Positions 37,079-47,426 of a stretch of DNA of 64,000 nucleotides are shown here, piece after piece (within the stretch, counting starts at the first letter, position 1; each line of letters begins with the position of its first letter). Source of the stretch: an uncultured Acidobacteriaceae bacterium (GTDB lineage: Bacteria; Acidobacteriota; Terriglobia; Terriglobales; Acidobacteriaceae); assembly GCA_963698865.1 (NCBI GenBank), contig CAVOSL010000002.1:166514-230513 (forward strand), read 5' to 3'. The notes beneath the pieces are model-generated. The model was given only the letters and a program-made list of their open reading frames with translations, was not told the DNA's origin and made no database searches. A program made the position numbers and the translations under genes.

Positions 37079-39157
37079 ATGGCAGTGAGTGACCAGGCTG
37101 TGGCCACCGGTCGAGAGCTCGATCTGTTGACGATCAACACCATTCGCACCCTTTCGATGGATGCGGTGCAAAAAGCGAACTCCGGCCACCCCGGAGCGCC
37201 CATGGGCCTCGCGCCCGCAGCCTACTGCCTGTGGCAACAATTCCTGCGCTTCGATCCGCAAGACCCGCACTGGCCCAGCCGCGATCGCTTCGTCCTCTCC
37301 AACGGCCACGCCTCCATGCTTCTCTATTCCCTGCTGCATCTCGCAGGAGTGCGCGAGGTCAACGCGAATGGCGAAGTCACCAGCACGCCCGCCGTCTCGC
37401 TCGACGACATCAAAGCCTTCCGTCAACTCGACAGCAAAACCCCCGGCCACCCTGAATATGGCATCACCACCGGAGTCGAAACCACGACCGGCCCGCTCGG
37501 CCAGGGAGTCGCCAACAGCGTCGGCATGGCCATCGCCGAGCGCTGGCTCGCCGCACATTTCAATCGTCCGGGCTTCGAGCTCTTCAACTACAACATCTGG
37601 GCGATCTGCGGCGACGGCGACATGATGGAAGGCATCTCCGGTGAAGCCGCTTCGGTTGCCGGCCATCTTCGTCTCTCGAACCTCTGCTGGATCTACGACA
37701 ACAATCACATCACCATCGAAGGCAACACCGATCTCGCCTTCGATGAAAACGTAGGCGACCGCTTCAGAGCCTACGGCTGGGCCGTCACCCATGTTCACGA
37801 CGCCAACGATCTCGACGCGCTGGCCGCCGCCTATCGCTGGGCGCTCACCGTCACCGATCGACCGAAGTTCATCATCGTCGACAGCCACATCGCCTTCGGC
37901 TCTCCCCATCGACAAGACACAAAAGAAGCCCACGGCGAGCCGCTCGGCGAAGAAGAAGTAAAGCTCACCAAGCGCGCCTACGGCTGGCCCGAAGATGCCA
38001 AGTTCTTAGTCCCGGATGGCGTCCGCGAAAATTTCCGCGACGGAATGGGCAAGCGCGGCGCTCAACTCAGCGGCCAGTGGCACGCGCAATTCAACAAGTA
38101 CAGCGAACAATTTCCCGAACTCGCGGACCAGTTCACCCGCATGCAGAGCCGCGAACTCCCCGACGGCTGGGACAAAGAGCTCCCCACCTTCCCCGCCGAC
38201 GCCAAAGGCATCGCCACTCGCGAATCGTCATCCAAAGTTCTCAACGCGATTGCCAAAAACGATCCCTGGCTGATGGGCGGCTCCGCCGACCTCTATCCAT
38301 CAACCAAAACGCGCCTCACCTTCGAAGGTGCCGGCGACTTCGAAGCCAACAACTACGCTGCCCGCAACTTCCACTTCGGCATTCGCGAACACGCCATGGG
38401 CGCCATCGTCAACGGCATGACGCTCTCGTATCTTCGCGCCTACGGCTCGACCTTCCTCATCTTCTCCGATTACATGAAGCCGGCCATCCGCCTCTCGGCG
38501 ATCATGGAAATCCCGTGCATCTGGATCTACACCCACGATTCCATCGGAGTAGGCGAAGACGGCCCCACCCATCAACCAATCGAGCAACTGCCCACCCTGC
38601 GCGCCGTCCCCGGCCTCGTAACGCTGCGCCCCGCCGATGCCAACGAAGTAGTCGAAGCGTGGAAAATAATCATGAAGCTAAAGAAGGAGCCGGTAGCGCT
38701 GATCCTGACGCGCCAGGCCCTGCCCACATTCGATCGCTCAAAGTATGCGTCCGCCGAGGGCGCGTCTCGAGGCGGCTACATCCTCGCCGACGCCGAAGGT
38801 GGCAAGCCGCAAGTAATTCTGATGGCGACCGGCAGCGAAGTTTATCTCTGCATCGACGCCTATGAAAAACTCAAAGCTGAAGGCATTCGCGCCCGCGTAG
38901 TCAGCCTCCCATCGTGGGATATTTTTGATCATCAAGACCAAAGCTACCGCGACCACGTACTTCCGCCCGACGTCATCGCCCGTGTAGCAGTCGAACAGGC
39001 CGCAACGCTAGGCTGGTCGCAATACGTTGGCCCGAAGGGTCAAGTAATTGGCATGCACCGTTTTGGAGCCTCCGCGCCTCTAAAAGACTTGCAAAAGAAA
39101 TTCGGCTTCACCGCCGACGCGGTCGCGCAAGCGGCCCGCAATGCCATAGGCAAGTGA
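37079..39157 (+). CDS. tkt: transketolase
   Basis: RTLSMDAVQKANSGHPGAPMG, GDGDMMEGIS, HDSIGVGEDGPTHQPIE. GAGGAG SD before the ATG. Confidence 0.95.
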   Translation: MAVSDQAVATGRELDLLTINTIRTLSMDAVQKANSGHPGAPMGLAPAAYCLWQQFLRFDPQDPHWPSRDRFVLSNGHASMLLYSLLHLAGVREVNANGEVTSTPAVSLDDIKAFRQLDSKTPGHPEYGITTGVETTTGPLGQGVANSVGMAIAERWLAAHFNRPGFELFNYNIWAICGDGDMMEGISGEAASVAGHLRLSNLCWIYDNNHITIEGNTDLAFDENVGDRFRAYGWAVTHVHDANDLDALAAAYRWALTVTDRPKFIIVDSHIAFGSPHRQDTKEAHGEPLGEEEVKLTKRAYGWPEDAKFLVPDGVRENFRDGMGKRGAQLSGQWHAQFNKYSEQFPELADQFTRMQSRELPDGWDKELPTFPADAKGIATRESSSKVLNAIAKNDPWLMGGSADLYPSTKTRLTFEGAGDFEANNYAARNFHFGIREHAMGAIVNGMTLSYLRAYGSTFLIFSDYMKPAIRLSAIMEIPCIWIYTHDSIGVGEDGPTHQPIEQLPTLRAVPGLVTLRPADANEVVEAWKIIMKLKKEPVALILTRQALPTFDRSKYASAEGASRGGYILADAEGGKPQVILMATGSEVYLCIDAYEKLKAEGIRARVVSLPSWDIFDHQDQSYRDHVLPPDVIARVAVEQAATLGWSQYVGPKGQVIGMHRFGASAPLKDLQKKFGFTADAVAQAARNAIGK

Positions 39158-39193
39158 CATTAATAATGTAGACGCTGCAGTCGTCTTAGGTTC

Positions 39194-39228
39194 GCTAGGA
39201 GCTAGCAGCTAGAAGCCAGTAGCTAAGT
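39194..39228. repeat. GCTAGNA heptamer word array (tkt | tal-pgi junction)
   Basis: gctagga gctagca gctagaa gccagta gctaagt, ending 1 nt before the AGGAG SD of tal-pgi. Confidence 0.7.
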
Positions 39229-39242
39229 CAGGAGAAGCACTC

Positions 39243-42176
39243 ATGAATCCCGTCGACACCCTCGAAACCGCCAAGGCCGTCAATCCGCTGAAGCAACTTA
39301 TCCCCATCGGCCAATCCATCTGGCTCGACTACATCCGCCGCGATCTCTTCAAGAGCGGTGAACTCAAGCGCCTGATCGACGACGACGGCCTCCGCGGCAT
39401 GACCTCCAATCCCTCCATCTTTGAGAAAGCCATCGGCGACTCCACTCTCTATCAGGATTTCCTCGACACCTTCGCCAATCGCGCCGACCTCGATGCCAAG
39501 GGGCGCTACGAACTGCTCGCCATCCGCGACATCCAGGACGCCGCCGATCTCCTGAAGCCCGTCTACAAGAGCACGAATCGCCGCGACGGCTACGTCAGCC
39601 TCGAAGTCTCGCCCTTCCTCGGCCACGACACCGAAGGCACGCTCGAAGAAGCTCGCCGCCTCTGGACCGCCGTCGCTCGCGACAACATCATGATCAAGGT
39701 CCCCGGCACGCCTGAGGGTATCCCGGCATTTCGCCAGCTCATCAGCGAAGGCATCAACGTCAACGTCACGCTCCTCTTCGCGCAGGATGTCTATGAAGAA
39801 GTAGCCGCCGCCTACATCGACGGAGTCGAACGCTTCGCGGCGTCCGGCGGCGATGCCGGCCGCATCGCCAGCGTGGCCAGCTTCTTCATCAGCCGCATCG
39901 ACACCCTGGTCGATTCAATCGCCACCGACAAACTCAAAACCGAATCCGATCCCGCCCGCAAAGCCAAGCTGCAAAGCGTGATCGGCAAAGTCGCCATCGC
40001 CAACGGCAAACTGACCTACGATGCCTATCAGCGCATCTTCTCGACTCCGCGCTGGAAGGCGCTCGCCGCCAAAGGCGCACAGACGCAGCGCGTTCTCTGG
40101 GCCAGCACCAGCACAAAAAACAAAAATTATCGTGACGTGATCTACGTCGAAGAGCTCATCGGACCGGACACCGTCAATACCCTTCCGCCCGCCACGCTCG
40201 AAGCCTTCCGCGATCATGGCAAGCCTCGCCAAAGTCTCACCGAGGATCTCGACGGCGCCCGCAAGACGATGTCCGATCTCGCCGCCTCCGGCATCTCGAT
40301 GAAAGAGGTCACCGACAAGCTCACCGCCGACGGCGTCAAGCTCTTCGCCGACGCCTTCGACAAGCTTCTCGAAGCGGTCGAGAAGAACACGCATCGGCCG
40401 GACCGCCCCCAGGTCAATCCGCAGACTGCCAAACTCCCCGCCGATCTCGACGAGGCGGTAAAAAAAAACCTTAGCGACTGGCGCGCGCAAGGAAAAGTAA
40501 GACGTCTCTGGCAGCACGACGCTTCGCTCTGGACCAACGAGGACGAGTGTTCGTGGCTCGGCTGGCTCAACATTGTCGACGATCAACTCTCGAACGTAGC
40601 CAAGCTGACGGACCTCGCGGGTGAAGTCAAAGCCGGCGGCTTCACCGACATTCTTCTTCTCGGCATGGGTGGCTCCAGCCTCTGTCCCGAAGTCTTCGCG
40701 CTCACTTTTCCGCAAACCCCCGGCTTTCCGCGCCTCCACATTCTCGACTCCACCGACCCGGCGCAGATCAAGCACATCGAAGAGAAACTCGACCTCGCCA
40801 AAACTCTCTTCATCGTTTCCAGCAAATCCGGCAGCACGCTCGAGCCCAACATCTACAAGCAATATTTCTTCGAGCGCGTGCGGCAGACCCTCGGTGACAA
40901 CCCGGGGGCCCCGGCCAGCCCGGTTTTGGCTGGCCGGGGTGGTGGCAAAGCCGGCGACCACTTCATCGCCATCACCGATCCCGGCTCTAAGATGCAAGGC
41001 GTCGCCGAGCGCGACCGCTTCCGCCACATCTTCTACGGGCTCCCCACGATCGGCGGCCGCTACTCCGCGCTCTCCAACTTCGGCATGGCCCCCGCCGCCG
41101 CCATGGGCATGGACGTCAAGAAATTTCTCGACCGCACCAAGCAAATGGTCGATGCGTGCGCTGCCGCCGTTCCTGTCGCCGAAAATCCCGGCGCTATGCT
41201 CGGCATCATCCTCGGTTCCGCCGCCAATCAAGGCCGCGACAAAATCACGCTCATCACCTCGCCCGGCATTCACGATCTCGGCGCGTGGCTTGAACAACTC
41301 ATCGCCGAGTCCACCGGCAAGATCGGCAAGGGCATCATTCCGGTCGATCGCGAAACGTTAGGCGCGCCTGATGTTTACGGCAACGACCGCATCTTCGCCT
41401 ACATCCGCCTGGAGTCCGAACCCGACTCCGCTCAAGCTGCAAAAGTCTCAGCCCTAGAGAAAACCGGTCAGCCCGTAGTTCGCATCGTGCTTCCCGACAT
41501 CTACAACCTCGGCCAGGAATTCTTCCGCTGGGAAATTGCCACCGCGGTAGCCGGCTCAATCATCGGCATCAACGCCTTCAATCAACCTGATGTCGAAGCC
41601 AGCAAAATTGAAACGCGAAAGTTGACAACGGAGTACGAAAGCAAAGGCTCCCTGCCCGCCGAGCAACCGATCCTCGAAGAAGCCGGCTTCAAGTTCTTCA
41701 CCGATGCGAAGAACGCCACCGATCTTGCTAAAGCAGTCGGCAATGATCGCTCGCTCAAGAGTTATCTCCGCGCGCACCTCGCACGACTCGGTGCCAACGA
41801 CTATTTCGCCGTGCTCGCCTATATCGAGATGAACGCCGAGCACGAAGGGCTGCTGCAATCATTGCGCATGAACGTGCGCGACAAAAAGCACGTGGCCACC
41901 TGTCTCGGCTTCGGCCCGCGCTTCCTGCACTCGACCGGCCAGGCCTATAAAGGCGGCCCCAACAGCGGAGTCTTCCTGCAAATCACCTGCGACGACGCCA
42001 ACGATCTTCAAGTCCCGCAGCAGAAATACACCTTCGGAGTAGTAAAAGCAGCGCAAGCAAGAGGCGACTTCGCAGTGCTGGCAGAGCGCAATCGCCGAGC
42101 CCTGCGCGTCCACATAGGCAGCAATGTAACTGCGGGCCTGAAGAAGTTAGGGTCTCTGATCGGCGAGGCGCTGTGA
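39243..42176 (+). CDS. bifunctional transaldolase / glucose-6-phosphate isomerase fusion
   Basis: N-terminal transaldolase blocks (GMTSNPSIFEKAI, IMIKVPGT) and C-terminal PGI blocks (LLLGMGGSSL, FIVSSKSGSTLEP, GGRYSALS) in a single 977-aa ORF. Confidence 0.9.
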   Translation: MNPVDTLETAKAVNPLKQLIPIGQSIWLDYIRRDLFKSGELKRLIDDDGLRGMTSNPSIFEKAIGDSTLYQDFLDTFANRADLDAKGRYELLAIRDIQDAADLLKPVYKSTNRRDGYVSLEVSPFLGHDTEGTLEEARRLWTAVARDNIMIKVPGTPEGIPAFRQLISEGINVNVTLLFAQDVYEEVAAAYIDGVERFAASGGDAGRIASVASFFISRIDTLVDSIATDKLKTESDPARKAKLQSVIGKVAIANGKLTYDAYQRIFSTPRWKALAAKGAQTQRVLWASTSTKNKNYRDVIYVEELIGPDTVNTLPPATLEAFRDHGKPRQSLTEDLDGARKTMSDLAASGISMKEVTDKLTADGVKLFADAFDKLLEAVEKNTHRPDRPQVNPQTAKLPADLDEAVKKNLSDWRAQGKVRRLWQHDASLWTNEDECSWLGWLNIVDDQLSNVAKLTDLAGEVKAGGFTDILLLGMGGSSLCPEVFALTFPQTPGFPRLHILDSTDPAQIKHIEEKLDLAKTLFIVSSKSGSTLEPNIYKQYFFERVRQTLGDNPGAPASPVLAGRGGGKAGDHFIAITDPGSKMQGVAERDRFRHIFYGLPTIGGRYSALSNFGMAPAAAMGMDVKKFLDRTKQMVDACAAAVPVAENPGAMLGIILGSAANQGRDKITLITSPGIHDLGAWLEQLIAESTGKIGKGIIPVDRETLGAPDVYGNDRIFAYIRLESEPDSAQAAKVSALEKTGQPVVRIVLPDIYNLGQEFFRWEIATAVAGSIIGINAFNQPDVEASKIETRKLTTEYESKGSLPAEQPILEEAGFKFFTDAKNATDLAKAVGNDRSLKSYLRAHLARLGANDYFAVLAYIEMNAEHEGLLQSLRMNVRDKKHVATCLGFGPRFLHSTGQAYKGGPNSGVFLQITCDDANDLQVPQQKYTFGVVKAAQARGDFAVLAERNRRALRVHIGSNVTAGLKKLGSLIGEAL

Positions 42177-42301
42177 AGCCGCGAAGCGGTAGAAGAGCGC
42201 AGCCCACGACGGTCTTGGGTTACTTGAAATTCGATGGAGCCGCGGACGACGAAAGGAATGGTTCGAGCACAACTATCCCGCTCACAGAATGGATAGGGTT
42301 G

Positions 42302-42342
42302 GCTAAAAGCTAATAGCTAGGAGCTAACAGCTTCTAGCTCGC
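42302..42342. repeat. GCTANNA heptamer word array (tal-pgi | gnd junction)
   Basis: gctaaaa gctaata gctagga gctaaca gcttcta gctcgc. Confidence 0.65.
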
Positions 42343-42403
42343 AGTCGAAATGTAGCATTTCGTTCCAATGCTAGAAACAAGCACCAGCGTGTAAGGAGAA
42401 GCA

Positions 42404-43405
42404 ATGCAACTCGCAATGGTAGGCCTGGGCCGCATGGGCGCGAACATGACGCGCCGCCTCATGCGCGGCGGACACAAACTCGTCGTCTCCGACCTCAGCC
42501 CCGACGCTGTCAAACAACTCGCTGGCGAAGGCGCCACCGGCTCCACCTCGCTCGACGACCTCGTCACAAAACTCACCCCGCCCCGCGCCGCCTGGGTCAT
42601 GGTTCCTTCCGGCGACGCCACTGAAAAAACGGTCCAGACTCTGCTCGCCCGCATGGACAAAGGCGATACCATCATCGACGGCGGCAACAGTTTTTTCAAA
42701 GACGACGTCCGCCGCTCCGAAATGTGCGCCGCCAAAGGCGTTCACTACGTCGACGTCGGTACCAGCGGCGGCGTGTGGGGCATCGATCGCGGATACTGCA
42801 TGATGATCGGCGGCCCCAAAGAAGCCGTCCAGCGCCTCGACCCAATCTTCAAAACGCTCGCTCCCGGCCGCGGAGACATTCCTCGCACGCCCGGCTTCGA
42901 CCAGCGCAGCGCCTCCGGATCGACAGCCGAAGACGGCTACATTCACTGCGGCCCCAGCGGCTCCGGCCATTTCGTAAAAATGGTCCACAACGGCATCGAA
43001 TACGGAATTATGCAGGCCTATGCCGAGGGCTTCGACATTTTCAAGAACGCCACCAGCAAAGATCTTCCGGCCAACATTCGCTACGATCTCAACCTGCCCG
43101 ACATTGCCGAGGTTTGGCGCCGCGGCAGCGTCATCAGTTCGTGGCTGCTCGATCTCACATCCATGGCGCTGGTAGAAAATCCCGCGCTTACCGAGTACAG
43201 CGGATTCGTGCAGGATTCCGGCGAAGGCCGCTGGACCATTAACGCGGCCATCGAAGAAGCGGTGCCAGCCGAAGTGTTAACGGCCGCCCTCTACGCAAGG
43301 TTCCGTTCGCGCCAGGAGCACACCTTTGCGGATAAGATGCTCTCAGCCATGCGCCAGAAATTCGGCGGCCACGTGGAGCCAAAGGCACAGGCGAAGGCAA
43401 AATGA
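42404..43405 (+). CDS. gnd: 6-phosphogluconate dehydrogenase (decarboxylating, short form)
   Basis: [15 protein letters not shown] Rossmann motif, [19 protein letters not shown]. Confidence 0.88.
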   Translation: MQLAMVGLGRMGANMTRRLMRGGHKLVVSDLSPDAVKQLAGEGATGSTSLDDLVTKLTPPRAAWVMVPSGDATEKTVQTLLARMDKGDTIIDGGNSFFKDDVRRSEMCAAKGVHYVDVGTSGGVWGIDRGYCMMIGGPKEAVQRLDPIFKTLAPGRGDIPRTPGFDQRSASGSTAEDGYIHCGPSGSGHFVKMVHNGIEYGIMQAYAEGFDIFKNATSKDLPANIRYDLNLPDIAEVWRRGSVISSWLLDLTSMALVENPALTEYSGFVQDSGEGRWTINAAIEEAVPAEVLTAALYARFRSRQEHTFADKMLSAMRQKFGGHVEPKAQAKAK

Positions 43406-43412
43406 GAACAGG

Positions 43413-43553
43413 AATTGAATCATTGAGTGATTGAGGCATTGAGTCATTAAAAGACTAAGCGGTTGAGCCATTAACCGGTGGGGATGCGGTCTCAAATTAC
43501 TGAATTACCAAATGACTCAATACCTCAATGATTCAATGACTCAATCTCTCAAT
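43413..43553. repeat. inverted NATTGAGN octamer arms (36 and 43 nt) around a 62-nt loop (gnd | zwf junction)
   Basis: Left arm aattgaatcattgagtgattgaggcattgagtcatt. The reverse complement of the right arm ends ...cattgaggtattgagtcatt. Confidence 0.8.
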
Positions 43554-43567
43554 AACAGGACTCTCCC

Positions 43568-45109
<1,542 letters not shown>

Positions 45110-45118
45110 AAGAGGAGC

Positions 45119-45259
45119 AATTTGTAATTTCTAATTTGTAATTGGTAATTTGTCGCAAGGGCCGTGCACAGTTTGAAGGCCAATGGGGCAGCAACCGTCA
45201 CCAAAGTCACGAATTGCCGGGTTTCAAAATTACAAATTACCAATCACAAATTACAAATT
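45119..45259. repeat. inverted AATTNGT heptamer arms (~35 nt each) around a 72-nt loop (zwf | pgl junction)
   Basis: aatttgtaatttctaatttgtaattggtaatttgt ... aaaattacaaattaccaatcacaaattacaaatt. The right arm ends 4 nt before the pgl ATG. Confidence 0.8.
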
Positions 45260-45262
45260 CCC

Positions 45263-46003
45263 ATGCCCGCAACACGCACCATCGCAGTCTCCTCCACCGC
45301 CGCCGATCTCTTCCACGCTGCCGCCGAGGAATTCACCAAAGTCGGCCGACAAGCCATCGGTGCCCTGGGCCGCTTCATCGTCGCCCTCTCCGGAGGATCC
45401 ACTCCCAGGAGTCTCTATTCCTTGCTCGCTACCAGCTACCCTGACTTTCCCTGGGCGCGCACCTACCTCTTTTTCGGCGACGAGCGTCACGTCCCGCCCA
45501 CCGACACCGACAGCAACTACCGCATGGTCAACGAGTCCTTGCTCTCAAAAATTGCCATCCCCGCGCAAAATGTTTTTCGAGTCAAAGCCGAACTCCCCGA
45601 TGCCGCCGCGGCCGCCGCCGACTACGAATCGCAAATCAGAAAATTCTTCGAGCTCAAGGCCAGCCAATTCCCGCGCTTCGATCTGATACTCCTCGGCCTC
45701 GGGCCCGACGGCCACACCGCCTCCCTCTTCCCCGATTCCGAGGGCCTGAAAGAAACGACCAAACTGGCCATGGCCAACTGGGTGGAGAAATTCAAGACGC
45801 ACCGCATCAGCTTCACATTTCCTGTATTGAACAACGCCGGAGAAGTGATCTTCCTGGCCAGCGGCTCAGACAAATCCGAGATGGTCCACGAAGTTCTAGA
45901 GGGCAAGCCCACGCCGCCACTTCCAGCCCAGCAAGTCCAACCAATAAACGGACGTCTGCTCTGGATGCTAGACGAAGCCGCCGCCGCCAAACTCAAGCAT
46001 TAA
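45263..46003 (+). CDS. pgl: 6-phosphogluconolactonase
   Basis: ATG at 45263 (MPATRTIAV). ALSGGSTP, FFGDERHVP, LGLGPDGHTASLFP. Confidence 0.9.
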   Translation: MPATRTIAVSSTAADLFHAAAEEFTKVGRQAIGALGRFIVALSGGSTPRSLYSLLATSYPDFPWARTYLFFGDERHVPPTDTDSNYRMVNESLLSKIAIPAQNVFRVKAELPDAAAAAADYESQIRKFFELKASQFPRFDLILLGLGPDGHTASLFPDSEGLKETTKLAMANWVEKFKTHRISFTFPVLNNAGEVIFLASGSDKSEMVHEVLEGKPTPPLPAQQVQPINGRLLWMLDEAAAAKLKH

Positions 46004-46114
46004 ACCGAGCGCAATGCTCCGGCGAACCCGACATTGTTGATTTTGAGAGAATCCGTGAAGATCCGCGTGAATCCGCGGAAAAGAAGTTGATTTTTCGAAG
46101 CGCTGGCAACAATC

Positions 46115-46516
46115 CTAAGCCGCGCTGCGCCAGTCCCCAATCTCGCGCAATCCCTCGCCGCGCGAGTGCTCAAACAATCGAACCTTATGCCGGCTGTGCT
46201 CGAACTCATGAATATCCGCCCACACCTCCGCCTGCCATCCCATCTCGTGGGTCGAAGACTCGCCGCAAGATGCGCACCGCGTATGAAACGTCACTCCCGG
46301 CTTTCGCCCATGCGAATCCTGCAACTCGATAAATACGCAGCGCACCTCTTCAATCTCTTCATCTTCGCCGAGAACGTGCTCGTACCGCAGCAGGTATCCA
46401 AACCCAAGCTTGCGCGCCTCCGCCTCCGCCTCCTCGCGGGTATGGAACGGCCCATACTCAGCCCGCAACTGCTCCGTCGAGTCGCAAGCCATCCAGAAAA
46501 CGTCCTTGTTTTCCAT
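46115..46516 (-). CDS. hypothetical protein
   Basis: 133-aa ATG ORF with acidic/His-rich composition. No recognisable motif. Confidence 0.4.
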   Translation of the reverse strand: MENKDVFWMACDSTEQLRAEYGPFHTREEAEAEARKLGFGYLLRYEHVLGEDEEIEEVRCVFIELQDSHGRKPGVTFHTRCASCGESSTHEMGWQAEVWADIHEFEHSRHKVRLFEHSRGEGLREIGDWRSAA

Positions 46517-46951
46517 ACCTAGATACCAGATCCCAGCCTAAGCGACTCTATCACCGCTCTCGACCGTAGCGCCGGCGTCCCGCCGGCAGTTCCGAGAGCG
46601 TCTCGCTCTCGGCCCCGTCTCCACAACCGCAAACGCAAGGGCCGAATCGCCAAGCACTCCCCCAAACAATCGAGCAATTCAATGACCGAGCAGTCTACCC
46701 TATCCACTCCCAGCAAGCCTTATCCAACAAGGCCAAGAACCCCTCATATCCCAATGAAATACTGCAACTTACCAGCGACCCAAAACTCGCGCGTAGAACC
46801 CCGCGCCAACGAGTGCGCTGCTTCCCCTGTGAAATTCCTTGCCCTCCAGGCGCACGAACAAGAAATCCCGACGACCTACGCTCCCCCACAATTCGCCCCT
46901 TGAGGTACAATCGCACCCTCTGTCAAACCGGGCGTGAAAAGGAGAAAACAA

Positions 46952-47197
46952 ATGGGGTTCATCACGTGGATCGTGGTAGGGCTCATCGCCGGCTGGCTCG
47001 CCGGCCAGGTCATGAAGGGTGGAGGCTACGGCGTTCTCGTCGACATCATTCTCGGCATCCTCGGAGGCGTAGTCGGCGGCTGGGTTTTCGGAGCCTTGGG
47101 AATCTGGCCCGGCGGCGGACTCCTGGGCGCGATCATCGTCGCCTTCGTAGGCGCGGTCATTCTAGTCGGACTCACCCGCCTGATCAAGAAGGCCTAG
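46952..47197 (+). CDS. GlsB/YeaQ/YmgE-family small membrane stress protein
   Basis: AAGGAG lies 7 nt before the ATG. MGFITWIVVGLIAGWLAGQVMKGGGYGVLVDIILGILGGVVGGWVF. Confidence 0.85.
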   Translation: MGFITWIVVGLIAGWLAGQVMKGGGYGVLVDIILGILGGVVGGWVFGALGIWPGGGLLGAIIVAFVGAVILVGLTRLIKKA

Positions 47198-47426
47198 CCG
47201 CGCGAACCAGCCTCTACAAAAATGCGCTCGCGCTTCCGATTTGCCCGTCACAAATCCAAGTGACCTGCGTCATTGCATTTCATAGGAAGAATATGTTGTG
47301 GTCAACACGGTTCAAGAACGTACCCGCTCGAGCCGAAGAGCGGCCATCCTTGAGCTCGATAAGATGCCTTCGCGGACAGGTTAATGGCTGAAGTAATAAC
47401 GGCCGGAGCCTGAGATTGAGTCGTCC

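Noticed and set aside
46813-47391. 192-aa ORF overlapping the GlsB-type gene in another frame.
   Set aside because: Arg/Gly/Pro-rich composition. It overlaps a well-supported small membrane gene that has a good SD. Only its last 32 codons (47293-47391) are kept, as a weak small-ORF candidate.
47198-47426. Cobalamin or other riboswitch upstream of the B12-binding rSAM gene.
   Set aside because: I could not find a B12-box-like consensus or any other riboswitch core by eye. A covariance-model scan (Rfam) would be needed for certainty.
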